A stretch of DNA of 20,164 bases from Piedraia hortae CBS 480.64 (GCA_010093745.1 MU006019.1:62001-82164), one strand, 5' to 3'. Counted from the first letter of the stretch, positions 1-10,574 are shown. A program made the numbers and translations. The notes: generated by a model not told the origin, from the letters alone.

Positions 1-101
1 GGAACCTACCGCACTGATCCTGTGTGCTTCGAGGATTGACAAGATCCAACATCACGGTGACACGTGTGAGTTGTACCTCACCTAGTATAACACTGCCTGC
101 G

Positions 102-1568
102 ATGACTCTTGCACTCAATGCACCTGACATACCTTCAGAGATCCTACTTGAAATCCTAGGAAATTTGAGGGATGATCGTGATGCATTGTGTCGAATCGTC
201 TTGGTCTGTAAAATCTGGGCAGATCTAGGCACAGAATTACTATGGCATGATGCCCCTGAAGACGCCTTCCAGCTCGTCTCTAGTGATCGAAAGCAATACT
301 ATGCCGACAAGGTCCAGGAGCTGGCAGTGTCTTCTCCCGTCTCGCTCCATCTCGAGGGACTTGCGTTTCCGCGTCTCAGACACCTCAGAGTGTCTCCTAA
401 CAGCCACAGGATCCCCGAAGGTGAAAGTTTGCCTTTTGAGCATTACGCCCAGCTCTTGATGCCGCAGCTGAAATCGCTGCATGTACGCTCCGGACGAGGG
501 AGGTGTCATTTTCTTTCGTATATACCTCTCAAGTGCCACAGCTTGCAGCAATTGAGGATCTATGGCTCAAGCAATTACTTGGTAGGTGATGACCTGCTAA
601 GATGTCTCGAACAGCTTCAAGATCTCCACACCCTGTGCCTCTCTTGGGATGATAGAGTGTATTCGTTTCCGTCAGGGAATGAACTGGTCATACACCTAGC
701 CCAGCGGCGCAAGCTGGTGATGCTTGAAATTGACTACAGTATCACCCTCGGCTCTCTAAAACTGCTCGTACCTCGCGCCGAGCCACTATTCTGCGATCTC
801 CAATCTCTGGAGATTATGCTGGATTCCAACGCAGTATCGACATTGGCCCAGCTCATGCCTGGTCTTGTTGAGCTCAAACTAACATTGAAGACCTGCGAAT
901 CAACATCGTTTCTCATTGGGATCGGTACTCATCTGACCAACCTTCGAGGCTTGAGCATCGCATTTCACATCGTGAGAAAACTCCAAAAGCGTGAAATTGT
1001 GTGTCTCGGATCTTTGACGTCGCTGAGGCGCTTGAGTTTGACCTACGACCACACCCTCAATTACGACATCGTCATAGCAATGGAACTAGATGAGTCCCTA
1101 GCAGAGCTTGACTTTAAATTGCTTTTCTCCAACCTTAGTCAGCTGCGAGAGTTTGTCTTCCACGCCAACACAGACTTGACGTTTGACATACTGAGAATGC
1201 TCGGGAAGCATTGTCGTAACCTCATGTATTGCGCAGTTCTTATGAAGGAGTTTGAACTCTTGACTCTGATGCTAGAACCGGTAGTGCTCTTTCCGAATCT
1301 AAAAGGACTTGAGATCGGAAATTGCTTATTTAAGGAAAGGCTCGGTGACTTCGCAACACAGCCCTTGACGGTCACAGCCATTCTTGCTCATTTGATGGAC
1401 ATGACCCTGAAGCATCATGCACCTAAGCTCGAAGATCTGGCATGTGCACTGATTCCAAGCGAAGTGTCACGGGCACTAACAACTTCATTCGAGGCACGTA
1501 CGAGGCCGTCATCACCTCTTCCGTCTTGGCGATATTGGCCAAAGCTGTCCCTGCTCGACAACCTCTAG
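102..1568 (+). CDS. F-box domain protein with C-terminal leucine-rich-repeat-like region (intronless, ~488 aa)
   Basis: Long uninterrupted ORF; first ATG at 102 (the track starts at GTG 24). N-terminal DIPSEILLEILGNL...ALCRIVLVCKIWADLGTELLW matches the F-box pattern (LP.EIL..I...L...L..V.K.W). It is followed by repeated LxxLxL units (FPRLRHLRV, LKSLHV, LQQLRI, LHTLCL, LQSLEI, LRGLSI, LRRLSL, FPNLKGLEI). Confidence 0.8.
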   Translation: MTLALNAPDIPSEILLEILGNLRDDRDALCRIVLVCKIWADLGTELLWHDAPEDAFQLVSSDRKQYYADKVQELAVSSPVSLHLEGLAFPRLRHLRVSPNSHRIPEGESLPFEHYAQLLMPQLKSLHVRSGRGRCHFLSYIPLKCHSLQQLRIYGSSNYLVGDDLLRCLEQLQDLHTLCLSWDDRVYSFPSGNELVIHLAQRRKLVMLEIDYSITLGSLKLLVPRAEPLFCDLQSLEIMLDSNAVSTLAQLMPGLVELKLTLKTCESTSFLIGIGTHLTNLRGLSIAFHIVRKLQKREIVCLGSLTSLRRLSLTYDHTLNYDIVIAMELDESLAELDFKLLFSNLSQLREFVFHANTDLTFDILRMLGKHCRNLMYCAVLMKEFELLTLMLEPVVLFPNLKGLEIGNCLFKERLGDFATQPLTVTAILAHLMDMTLKHHAPKLEDLACALIPSEVSRALTTSFEARTRPSSPLPSWRYWPKLSLLDNL

Positions 1569-2756
1569 ACCATCCCTGCCACTCATCACAAAGACAACTC
1601 TACTTTCCCGTTTCCAGATAACGACAAGTAGAGTAGCGTCGATCTGTAAAGAATGAAGTGGCACATTCGAAACATTCCAATAGAATATAAAGTAGGCTTA
1701 CACATGCTGAATTGGTTTATGACTTCAAAAAAAGGCCGTGATGCCACTTATTGTTCAATACCTGGAAGACTGCTTGCAAGAACATGATTAGTCTACATGT
1801 AATAGGTCTGAATGCATCTAATAGGTGGCGTCATTCCTGAGAGGGCAAATGAAGGGACATTAGTGGCTGAGAAGGAGTAGTGCGGTTTGGACATCTGTAT
1901 TCTCTCTGGTTTCCCAAGCGAAGAGAGTGCCGAAGAGATGGGTATATTGCTGAGTTCTGACACTTCGGCTCGAGTGACACTGCGTGTATATAAGACGTTG
2001 TCGACAGTGATCTACGTGGTACAACGCGGTGCAGCAAGGAGCGTGCCAAGTTCTACGGGGTACAAATCAGCACAGCTGGAGAGGGACAATCACATGCAAC
2101 TAACGGAGAACGTTTGATTGTCAGGAATGGGCAGTTGACATCTTCATGACTCTCCAAACATGTCATCGGCCGTCAGGCGGCCCAGCGTATAGGGTTCGCT
2201 CAAGCGACGTTCTTTGGTCTATTCATGGCTCGCCTCTACATTCAGCATGAAAGCGATAATAATTAGAATACGCAAAGTGGCAGGGGTCAAGAACGCGTGT
2301 CGGCAGATGTGACGTTGGTTGGGGAGGCTAACCAGGGTACCCTGCCGTCTGGCTTGATTGAGTGCGTGTTTGTTTTGGTGGGTACTTCAAGTCGCTGGGA
2401 GCGGGGAAGTGGGCATGAAGAGGGTGGGACATGCAAATGTGGCGGACAGTTAATGCCACATACGGGGAGGACAAGAGGCTGGCCATCGCCCAAGGAACAC
2501 CGGCGACCGGCCAACAGTGCCGGAGCTTTCCATTTCTGTGTCCCGGGCCAATCAGCGGCCACAAACAATCAAAGGCGTTGCCACTGCAAGCCGTTAGCGG
2601 CGCGCGGCGAGACGGCGCCAGGGGCAGGCTGGGGATCCGGATGAATAGAAAGCCACATCTTTTTCTCATTCTTCTTTCACTTCTTCATTCTCATCCGTCT
2701 CTGACTCTTTGAACGACATCTTCTACACCAGTTTCTACCCTTAACACTTTGAAATC

Positions 2757-3880
2757 ATGCGTTACTTCATCTCTGCCCTGGCCCTCAGCGGCTCTGCTTA
2801 TGCCTACATGGACAATGCGGCCAACTTCAACGCCGATACTGCTCCTTCATATGGCGTAGTCTCACAAATTTCTGACGGTAAGAGAATCTCGCGGCACAAA
2901 CGGTCCAAAATTTAACGTCTGTAGGCCAAGTCCAAGCACCCACCGGTGCTGCCTCTTCTGTACCTGCTGCGGTGCCTGCCTTGTCAAGTGCAGCGTCCAG
3001 TGCCGTCGCATCTGCTACGGGAGCCGCTTCCGGCAGTGCTTCCGCCGTTGCCTCCGCTGCGTCTGGTACTGCCTCTGGCGAAGGCGTCTCTGGAACTGGT
3101 GGTGCTACGGGTACGCATTCCTCAAGTGCCGAAGCTGGAGCTGGAGCTACTTCTGCGGCCGGTGCCGGTGCCGGGGCTGCTTCGTCTAGCGCAGCCGGCG
3201 CTGAGTCCTCGGCCTCTGCCGTCCCTCCTCTCTCCAGCGCTGCTGCCAGTGCAGCCTCGGGAGCTGGTGAACCCGCCACCGCGCCCGCTGTATCCAATGC
3301 GTCGAGCGCTCCCATTTCTGTCGCCTCCTCTTTGTCTGTTGTTGTGCCGGTACCGGTTACCACCAACAGTGCTGGCGGACTTGCCCCCGTTGGCTCAGGA
3401 GTTGGCGTTCCTGCCACTGTCGTGACTCCTGGAGCTTCCCCTACTTATGGTGCTGGCAACGGAACCGAAACTGGTGCTGGCGCTGGCTCTGGTGCTGGTG
3501 CGGCTGGTGCTAGCGGCTCCTCAGGTGCAGGTGCCGGCGTTGCTGGTACGACTGGCTCCTCGGGCACGGGTGCCGGTGCTGCTGGTGCTAGTGGTGCCTC
3601 CGGTGCGACCGGCAGCGGCGTTGCCGGTGGTGTGAGCACTGGCTCTGGGTCTTCCCCAACAACTCTCAGCTCTGCCGTTGGCTCTGGCGCTGGCTCCGAG
3701 TCTTCTGCCGCCGTCTCTGGTGCGGAAGGTTCATCTGAATCCGGCTCTGGTGGAGCTGCTGCCACGTCCAGCTCTGGTAGCGGTTCTCAGCAGTCTAGCA
3801 CCCCTACATCTGGTGCCAGCGCTCTCCGACTGACCAGCGGTCTCGCCCTTGTCGGCTTCTTCTTTGCACTCTTCGCTTAA
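2757..3880 (+). CDS. Secreted Ser/Ala/Gly-rich GPI-anchored cell wall protein with one Pir repeat; exons 2757-2877 and 2925-3880 (~358 aa)
   Basis: ATG 2757 opens a signal peptide (MRYFISALALSGSAYA). Removing the 47-nt intron 2878-2924 (GTAAGA...TTTAAC...TAG) gives VSQISDGQVQA (Pir repeat) in frame with the 2972..3880 ORF. The body is low-complexity S/A/G/T. The C-terminus SGASALRLTSGLALVGFFFALFA is a typical GPI signal. Confidence 0.88.
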
Positions 3881-4399
3881 GTTTCAAAAAGTGGGTGAAT
3901 AATTCATTGGAGTTCTGGGATTTGTATACGGACGCCCAGCGGCTCGTAGATAATGGGTGGCGTGACGAAATTACATAGCTCGTAGCTTTTAATCATTATG
4001 AACATCTTCATTATGCTCCTTCGGTCTGGTTGTTGTTGCCTTCGAGTGCTGGGTCGCTTCCGGGAATATGCAATCCTACAGTGCAGGGTCAGTAGACTGC
4101 AATGTTTTCTCACCAGACACCTCGTTGACAGTCTGCAGACGTGTTACAGAAGGCCATCCTTTTCGTGCCCAAGCATCTGTTGTTGAGTTTGTGAGAATAT
4201 CGGAACTTCCCGGGGACCGAGGCCAGATTTGTTCAAACAAGGCTGAAGCCATGATGGATGGTACTTATTATGTAGACCCGGGCTGATCCTCATCCAATCT
4301 TCAGTGCTCTCGCCATCCGTCAACCCAAAATTCCGTAGCCACTGGGGCATGAGCAACCAAGGCCGTTTGGCATAAGCAAATTCATACCTTAGCGCTGAA

Positions 4400-5980
4400 A
4401 TGGGAGTTACTTATGATGATAGTCCCGTCACTTCACTATCGACAGGCGCGCCGATTCCACTTTCCTCAGAAAAAGAGCTTGATGCAAGAGCGCGGCCTGC
4501 AGGGAACAGAGCAACTTCAGGTCTCATCCCTTTTCACTCGGTGCATACGGAATCCGCGGAAAAGGAAGCTCTCTACAACCCCATCTACCCGAATGGATAC
4601 CCTTACAATGGTCAACCACCAGATCAGCAAAGAAAGAAGAAACAGATATGCGGCATATCAAGGAAATTATGCCTAAGTTTGCTCCTTCTCTTATTGATAT
4701 TGATCGGACTCGGAGTAGGGTTGGGAGTAGGGCTAGGGACCAAGAAAAGTTCCGAGTCATCCACAAAGTCTTCGTCTGGATCGCCAGCTTCAACGCCCTC
4801 TGCTGGTACGGCATCTGTTTCATCTTCGCTATCCAGCTCAGCCTTGCCTACAGCAAAACGGTTTGATTGTGGGTCTAGGCCAGCTTCCTCACGGAAGGCC
4901 AAGAGCGGTACCGGAATTGCCTTTGCCTCTCAGCCTCAGGGCCAAGTGTCTTCTGATGGAAGCCAGACCGTTGCCAACTTGTACTATCAGAATTCAAACA
5001 GTAACGCTCTTCGTGCTCACCAGCTCTGGGGAAATGGATCCTGGACCGACAATGAAATCCCTATCGGTTCTTCTGCCATGTCGAAAACACCTCTGGCTGC
5101 AGTCTCGATTAAAGATAATGACACGGTGACCTGGAACTTATTCTGTAAGTAACGAATTCCCGGAAAGTGTTGACGATCATAACAATCAGCAGATGTTGAT
5201 GCTGGCAATTTCGTACAACATTTTTCCTACCAAGATCCAGGGTTCAAATCTCATTCCACGATTTATCTTGACTTCACGGCAAGAACTCAGGCATACACTG
5301 AGGGAAGAGCGGGCATCACAGTCTGCCCCATCTATTACAGCTTCGAGACGCTCAATGCCACTTTTTCATCCACATCCACAGACTCGCCTCTCGACAGACA
5401 AGGGATGGTTTTGTGGCATGGTACAAACTCAACAAGGTTTGTCCAGTGGTTATGGAGAACAGAAAGCGATGCGAAACCCACGTGGGGTCTTGAGACAGAT
5501 GCAGACGGATCATTCGTACAGAAAGGTATGGGATGCGCCAGCTCATTGAATAGTTCCATCACGGGCACCATGTTTGTGAACACAACATGGGATTGGTTTC
5601 AATTCTATTCCGAGGATATGAACAGCCAATTATTAGGCGTTCCAAACAATTGCGGGTACACCTCCTCAACGTATCTAGGCGAAGAATTTGTTAAAAACGA
5701 CGGCGAACTTTTCTACACGCAGAACAACGCCGGCATCATTAACGTTCATACTATTGTGAACGCTTGGGATTGCTCCAGTACCAAGCGTGATGGCAAAGTT
5801 TCTCAACTTGGGAGCCAGCCAGCAATAGCGGGAACTCGTCTGGATGCTACGACGGTATACAACGGTAGCGACGTGGGTGAGTCTGTCGTTGTCTTTCAGT
5901 CAAAGCAGGGCAACATTATCGGCTGCGAACGCGACAAGGAGGGCAATTGGTCGGGAGGTGCAGATGTTTTGCAGTGCTAG
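4400..5980 (+). CDS. Single-pass (type II) membrane protein, Ser/Thr stalk plus probable fucose-specific-lectin-like beta-propeller ectodomain, paralog A; exons 4400-5144 and 5193-5980 (~510 aa)
   Basis: KKKQICG followed by hydrophobic LLLLLLILIGLGVGLGVGLG. The 48-nt intron 5145-5192 (GTAAGT...TTGAC...CAG) joins WNLF to YVDAGNFVQHFSYQDPGF, open and in frame with the 5405..5980 ORF. Blade-like motifs are GTGIA, LYYQ, WxxGSW, TPLAAVS, GTRL and VVFQ...G.I...GNWS. The fold call is inference. Confidence 0.78.
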
Positions 5981-7051
5981 CTTTTATCTAAAGCTAGGAC
6001 ACCACGTGCGAATTCGAGAGGCATGCCTCTCTCATCATGCACGTTTGTAAGATCATGGAGTTTTCGGTGGGATTTTATGATGGTTGTCAGATGAAGATGG
6101 AACTGCTTCAAGTAAATAACTATCCGTATTGTCTAATAGGGCATCAAAAGTATGGTAAAGGGAAAGCTGGTATATGACATAACCTTCGTGTAATTTGAGT
6201 TGACGTGTGCCAAGATATTGTTTACCCGCACCCATTTTAGCTTTCACATCTTGTTACTATAGATTGTGCCTGAAATAGCGGGCGATGGCTATAGTTAGCT
6301 GCGGGGTCATATCCCGCCTTTGCACCCCAATCTAATAGGGCAATGTGACAAACACTTTCATAGCCGAGTTAGCGCACATTTTTGGCAGGCTTATGTCTAA
6401 AGCTTGACTTCTGAACACCCAGCAAAATTGCCTGTAGACATGGACCTCCCTCGCTTCTTCCACTTCGCAAACAATATCCATTTGGGGGGGTGTCATGTCT
6501 GTAGTCATCCGCAGCCAACCTTTTCTTTTTTACCCCTCATTTACGCGAATGCACAAAGATAGTAGCATGCAAATATGGCATCACGAGTATTGTTCACGTA
6601 CTACATATCCGCAATACTCGCTGTTCTTGCGTCGATGACCACCAAACTTGGTGGAAAACCGGCACTTCAAGTCCAGTTGATCGAGGCATAATGGAAGAGT
6701 TGCGGCTGCGTTATAGTATAAGTCACATCAACTGCGATGACTCACATTTAAGGCGGGGTTTGGAGAGCTCAGTGCAGTAGTGAACGCCAGTCATGCCTTC
6801 AAATCGACAAGGCTTAGACCCTATCACGTTGAAGACACTAAACCATCCAATAGCAAAATCCGAGTTATGTACTTCCATCAGCACATTCACCCGACTTGAG
6901 GGCTTCAGCCCCAAGATGTGCAGGAAGATATAATGCAGGGTCCAGATGCAAAGCTCAGCCTCATACCAAACCGGCGACAAGCTGCAGAAACAAGGCTTAA
7001 TAAAGGCCATGCTCACCTCTGATTCTCGACTTTTTCAGAACACAGTTGACA

Positions 7052-8578
7052 ATGGAATCCAGGTCATTAGTCAGTCCGGTCAGTTTTGAAAACCATGTCT
7101 CACGGCTTTCCTGTGATCGGGCCACAGGGAGCCCTGGGATGGAGGAATCTGTAGGCAGCCTTGGGCGGCCGACACAAGAGCCTGACGGATTAGAGTTGGA
7201 CAGCTCATCCGCGGGATTGATTCCTGTACACTCAAAGACATCCGAGGATCGGAAGGCGTTCCCTTACGAGCCAAATTCTGATCAAGAGCGAGCAAAGCTT
7301 TACACTTCCCCAAGGAAGAAAAGGATTTGTGGCTTGCCGAGACTTACGGTAATAGGCCTGCTCATACTACTGCTGTTAGGTATTGGGCTTGGTCTTGGGC
7401 TGGGTGTTGGATTAGGAAGAAGGAAACGCAAGTCCGACAAAGTGCTCAACTGCCCAAACCGAAATGCGCCTTCTTCCTTAAATGCCCTGGTCGGTACAGG
7501 GCTCGCATTTGCCGCTCGACCTAAACGGCTGCCTTGTACCTCCAAGAAATGCACAGTGGCAAACCTGTACTATCAGGAACCAGCTCAAAACAAGATTCGC
7601 GTACATCAACTCTGGGGAGATGGGTCTTGGACCGATAAAGAGCTGCCGACCAGTTTCGTTCCCATGTCAAAAACACCGCTATCTGTAGTATCACTTACAA
7701 TTGACCAGGATCTGACATGGCTTGTGATGTGTAAGTTTGGCTCAACACCTAACTCCCTCGAGTGATGATGACACTGACCGGAGAATGAATATATAGTCAT
7801 TGACGAGGATAATCACGTTACCTCCTTCACCTACCAAGACCCGGATTTCGAAGAGCAAGTTACCCTGCACATCGAACCCTCGAACGGACTTTCCCCATAC
7901 AATACCGATAAGCCCGCTAGCTTCCAAGCATGCCCCTATTACTATGATTCTCGAACTATCGGCGGTACTCCGCCGAAGGATTACACACCTGTTACAAATG
8001 AAACCGGTGCAATAATATGGTACCCTACCAGTGCGACTACATATACTTATCTTATGAACAACGCTTTGGGCTGGTCACAAGAAGGGCACGTCAACAATAC
8101 ACCCACAAACAAAGGTGTATATTGCCACAGCAGCGAGTACAGCTCGAAATTTCATGTCATGTTCGTGAACACCACTACAGTGAGCAATGATACATACGAA
8201 GTCTACACAATGGATACGCTCTCAGATGATCCCTTGCAAACGTGTCCATATGGTTACACTATACCCCACAACTCGACCTTTCTGAGCAGCGACGGTGTTT
8301 ACTTTTACTTTCAGGCGCAAGCTGGGTTTGAAGAAGGGATTTATGTACACAACAGTACATCGCTGTGGAGTTGCAAAAATACGGGACATCGAGACACGAC
8401 TTGGCGGAAGATATCTCGTGGACTGTCCGGAACGCGTCTGGGCAGTGCAATCATTCATGGCAAAGACGACAAGGAAACTCATGTCATTGCTTTTCAAAAT
8501 GCGTCTGGAGAGATCATTGGCTATGAGATCTCTGAGGGCAATATCTGGTCGGAGAGTGTCAACTTGTTATCTTGTTGA
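7052..8578 (+). CDS. Single-pass membrane protein with probable lectin-like beta-propeller ectodomain, paralog B; exons 7052-7730 and 7797-8578 (~486 aa)
   Basis: RKKRICG followed by TM (LLILLLLGIGLGLGLGVGLG). The 66-nt intron 7731-7796 (GTAAGT...ACTGAC...TAG) has the same position and phase as in paralog A and gives WLVMFIDEDNHVTSFTYQDPDF, in frame with the 8054..8578 ORF. It shares TVANLYYQ, HQLWG.GSWTD, MSKTPL, YQDP, MFVNTT and GTRL with paralog A. Confidence 0.78.
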
Positions 8579-9057
8579 CTGTCTGTTTATGTAATTGATG
8601 AGTTTTTGAGCTTTGCTTAATGGGGCTTCGAAATATAATTACGACTATCTCATGACTGGTGCTGTTCATTTTAAGCTTCAACTACTCAATTCCCTCTTCC
8701 GGCATTCAAATCCTCACCCACTGATTGATCCACTCTCATCACTTGACTCATTGAAATCCATCGACCCACTCTAATCACGAAATCACTCTAAGTATCCACT
8801 GGGCGCGAGGTGTGTAATTATGAGGCGATTGGGTCGGTGGTTGAGGTTTTTCTGGGGGTTATGCGAGTTTCAAGCGGAAAGTAGTGCATTTCAATTGTGC
8901 TGCGGAACTTGTAGTGGTAGGATGTAGTGTGATGCTTCGAATCAGGGATCTTCGACGGGGTGGTTTGTCTTATGTTCTGGAGGATTCAGGATGAAACAAT
9001 GGCAACCCTGTACCGCTTTTGGCCAGGACCGGAGTTTAAGGAGTTTGAGTTTGATGA

Positions 9058-9100
9058 GGGGCGTGGTTGTGGGCTGGCATCGTGGGCTGGCATCGTGGGC
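9058..9100. repeat. Short 13-bp tandem duplication (GTGGGCTGGCATC x2 plus partial)
   Basis: gtgggctggcatc gtgggctggcatc gtgggc read directly at 9069-9100. Confidence 0.7.
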
Positions 9101-9451
9101 CAGGCGTTGTTTGAGCGGGGTAGAAGGATCCCTATCCTCAAGCTTCAATTTAAGAAATTTGAGGCTTGAACGTGGTGTTACCATCTGAATAACGGCGGCG
9201 TGGGATGACAGATGAAACAGGGCCACATACTCACGTGTGATGTGCATCATCGGCCCGGACGTGGGGGTTCTCCAACGGGAGGCCTTGGCAGCTAGCTAGG
9301 TGACTGAGAAATTATCAAAGTGCTGTGAAAGCCTTTCGTTGCAAAGACAACTTTGTCAAAAACTGCAGTCTTACTGACAGCATTGACAGGGACATTGAAA
9401 ATCTTCCGAGCGATGACGTCCATCGGCATATTTGGAGAAGCCAAAATTCTC

Positions 9452-9533
9452 GCAGCTATTACCATAGTTGGGCCTTTTTTGGCTGCTAATTCCATAGCTA
9501 GGCGCTTTTTTGGCAGTTAGTCCATAGCTGGGC
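9452..9533. repeat. Degenerate 30-bp tandem repeat, ~2.7 copies
   Basis: Units: accatagttgggccttttttggctgctaat (9461-9490), tccatagctaggcgcttttttggcagttag (9491-9520) and partial tccatagctgggc (9521-9533). They are preceded by a partial unit end, gcagctatt (9452-9460). Confidence 0.8.
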
Positions 9534-9561
9534 ACGCGCTGCTCGATTGCTGTGCGTCATA

Positions 9562-10137
9562 ATGTCCGACGAACAGCTCAGCACCCGCAACGATCAGCTC
9601 TGCATCGAGATCTTTCAACGAGGCATCGCGATAAACAATTACAATTTCCTACACTTTGGGCCCAAGCTTTTCCATTGGGCAATCTTGTTGCGACCAAAGC
9701 CGGATGTGCATCTAGACAAAAGTCTGGCTATTGATGTCGATAATGGGCCCTGGACCACTTCAGACGGGACCAGAGAACCAAATGAAACAAAGATATGGAA
9801 TTTCAGAACGCGCAGGCCGGTAGATCCACTTAAATCGAAAAGTTTCCACGCTGCTGTGGCCATCGGAAAACTCCCGCCAGGGACTGGGGAAGATGATGTT
9901 GTGGAGATTCTGCGCCATATTCCACTGCCCCGTCCCGGTAACTTTGACGATTCAAATTGCCATACTTGGTTGATGCTTGCCATTGAGAAGCTGCAGGCAG
10001 AAAAGGTAGTGTCAAAAGCCTGCAGCGCTGGGGAAATCATCGAGATGGTAACTAGAGAAGGACTTCGTCTGCAGAGCGACGAAGCAGAACGCAACGCACA
10101 ACAAAGATTCTTGATTCACCCAAAACTTTATAGCTAG
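9562..10137 (+). CDS. Fungal hypothetical protein (~191 aa) with HW...NC motif, possible permuted papain-like/NlpC-P60-type fold
   Basis: Intronless ORF from ATG 9562. It looks globular, with FHWAILL, AVAIGKL, LRHIPLP and SNCHTWLMLAIEKL, a pattern common in small fungal hypothetical proteins. Confidence 0.7.
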   Translation: MSDEQLSTRNDQLCIEIFQRGIAINNYNFLHFGPKLFHWAILLRPKPDVHLDKSLAIDVDNGPWTTSDGTREPNETKIWNFRTRRPVDPLKSKSFHAAVAIGKLPPGTGEDDVVEILRHIPLPRPGNFDDSNCHTWLMLAIEKLQAEKVVSKACSAGEIIEMVTREGLRLQSDEAERNAQQRFLIHPKLYS

Positions 10138-10574
10138 AAGCTAAGAAGCTTGGATGAGTTGACATGGATTGTGACTGGTTCGGGGAAAAGGACAGGTATG
10201 GAGATAGAAATAGAACTGAATTGTAAGATGCGTTACTCAATCTTGGCCAGCTAACCTACAGCAAAAGAAGCCTACGCAGACAACAGCAACTTCTGATATT
10301 AATGTATCGCCGCTTTACGACCCACTTGCCCATTCTTTGGACAAGCGGGAGATACAGGACGAGTTCCTCTCAGTCACATTTTCAATCTCAATGAAGAGAA
10401 GGCGGACACCTGGATGTCGAAAAGGGGCACAAGCAAGTGCGTGATGTGACGTGGAGAATCGGAGTCGTTGGGGGCATTTGAAGTGGAGGCTCTGTCCACG
10501 ACTTCTGGCCTGTGACAACCACGACTTTTAGCTTCCTGTTACATCGGGAATTTCTCGGCCACGGACAATTTCTC

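Noticed and set aside
1831..2712. Several 70-115 aa ORFs between the F-box gene and the wall-protein gene
   Set aside because: There are no motifs or coherent splice models. The region looks like a promoter (CCAAT near 2548, pyrimidine-rich tract at 2658-2712).
2827..3765. Minus-strand Ala/Pro/Glu-rich ORFs (196 and 106 aa)
   Set aside because: They are antisense mirrors of the low-complexity wall-protein gene, which has the signal peptide, intron and GPI signal.
5193..5549. ORFs 5193-5549 and 7800-8015 as separate genes
   Set aside because: They are off-frame readings of exon 2 of the two lectin-like paralogs.
5981..7051. Search for tRNA, rRNA or transposon remnants in the longer spacers
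   Set aside because: I found no cloverleaf or A/B-box pair, terminal repeats or transposase/RT motifs by eye.
9452..9533. CRISPR-like array
   Set aside because: The units are contiguous with no spacers, the context is eukaryotic and there are no cas genes.
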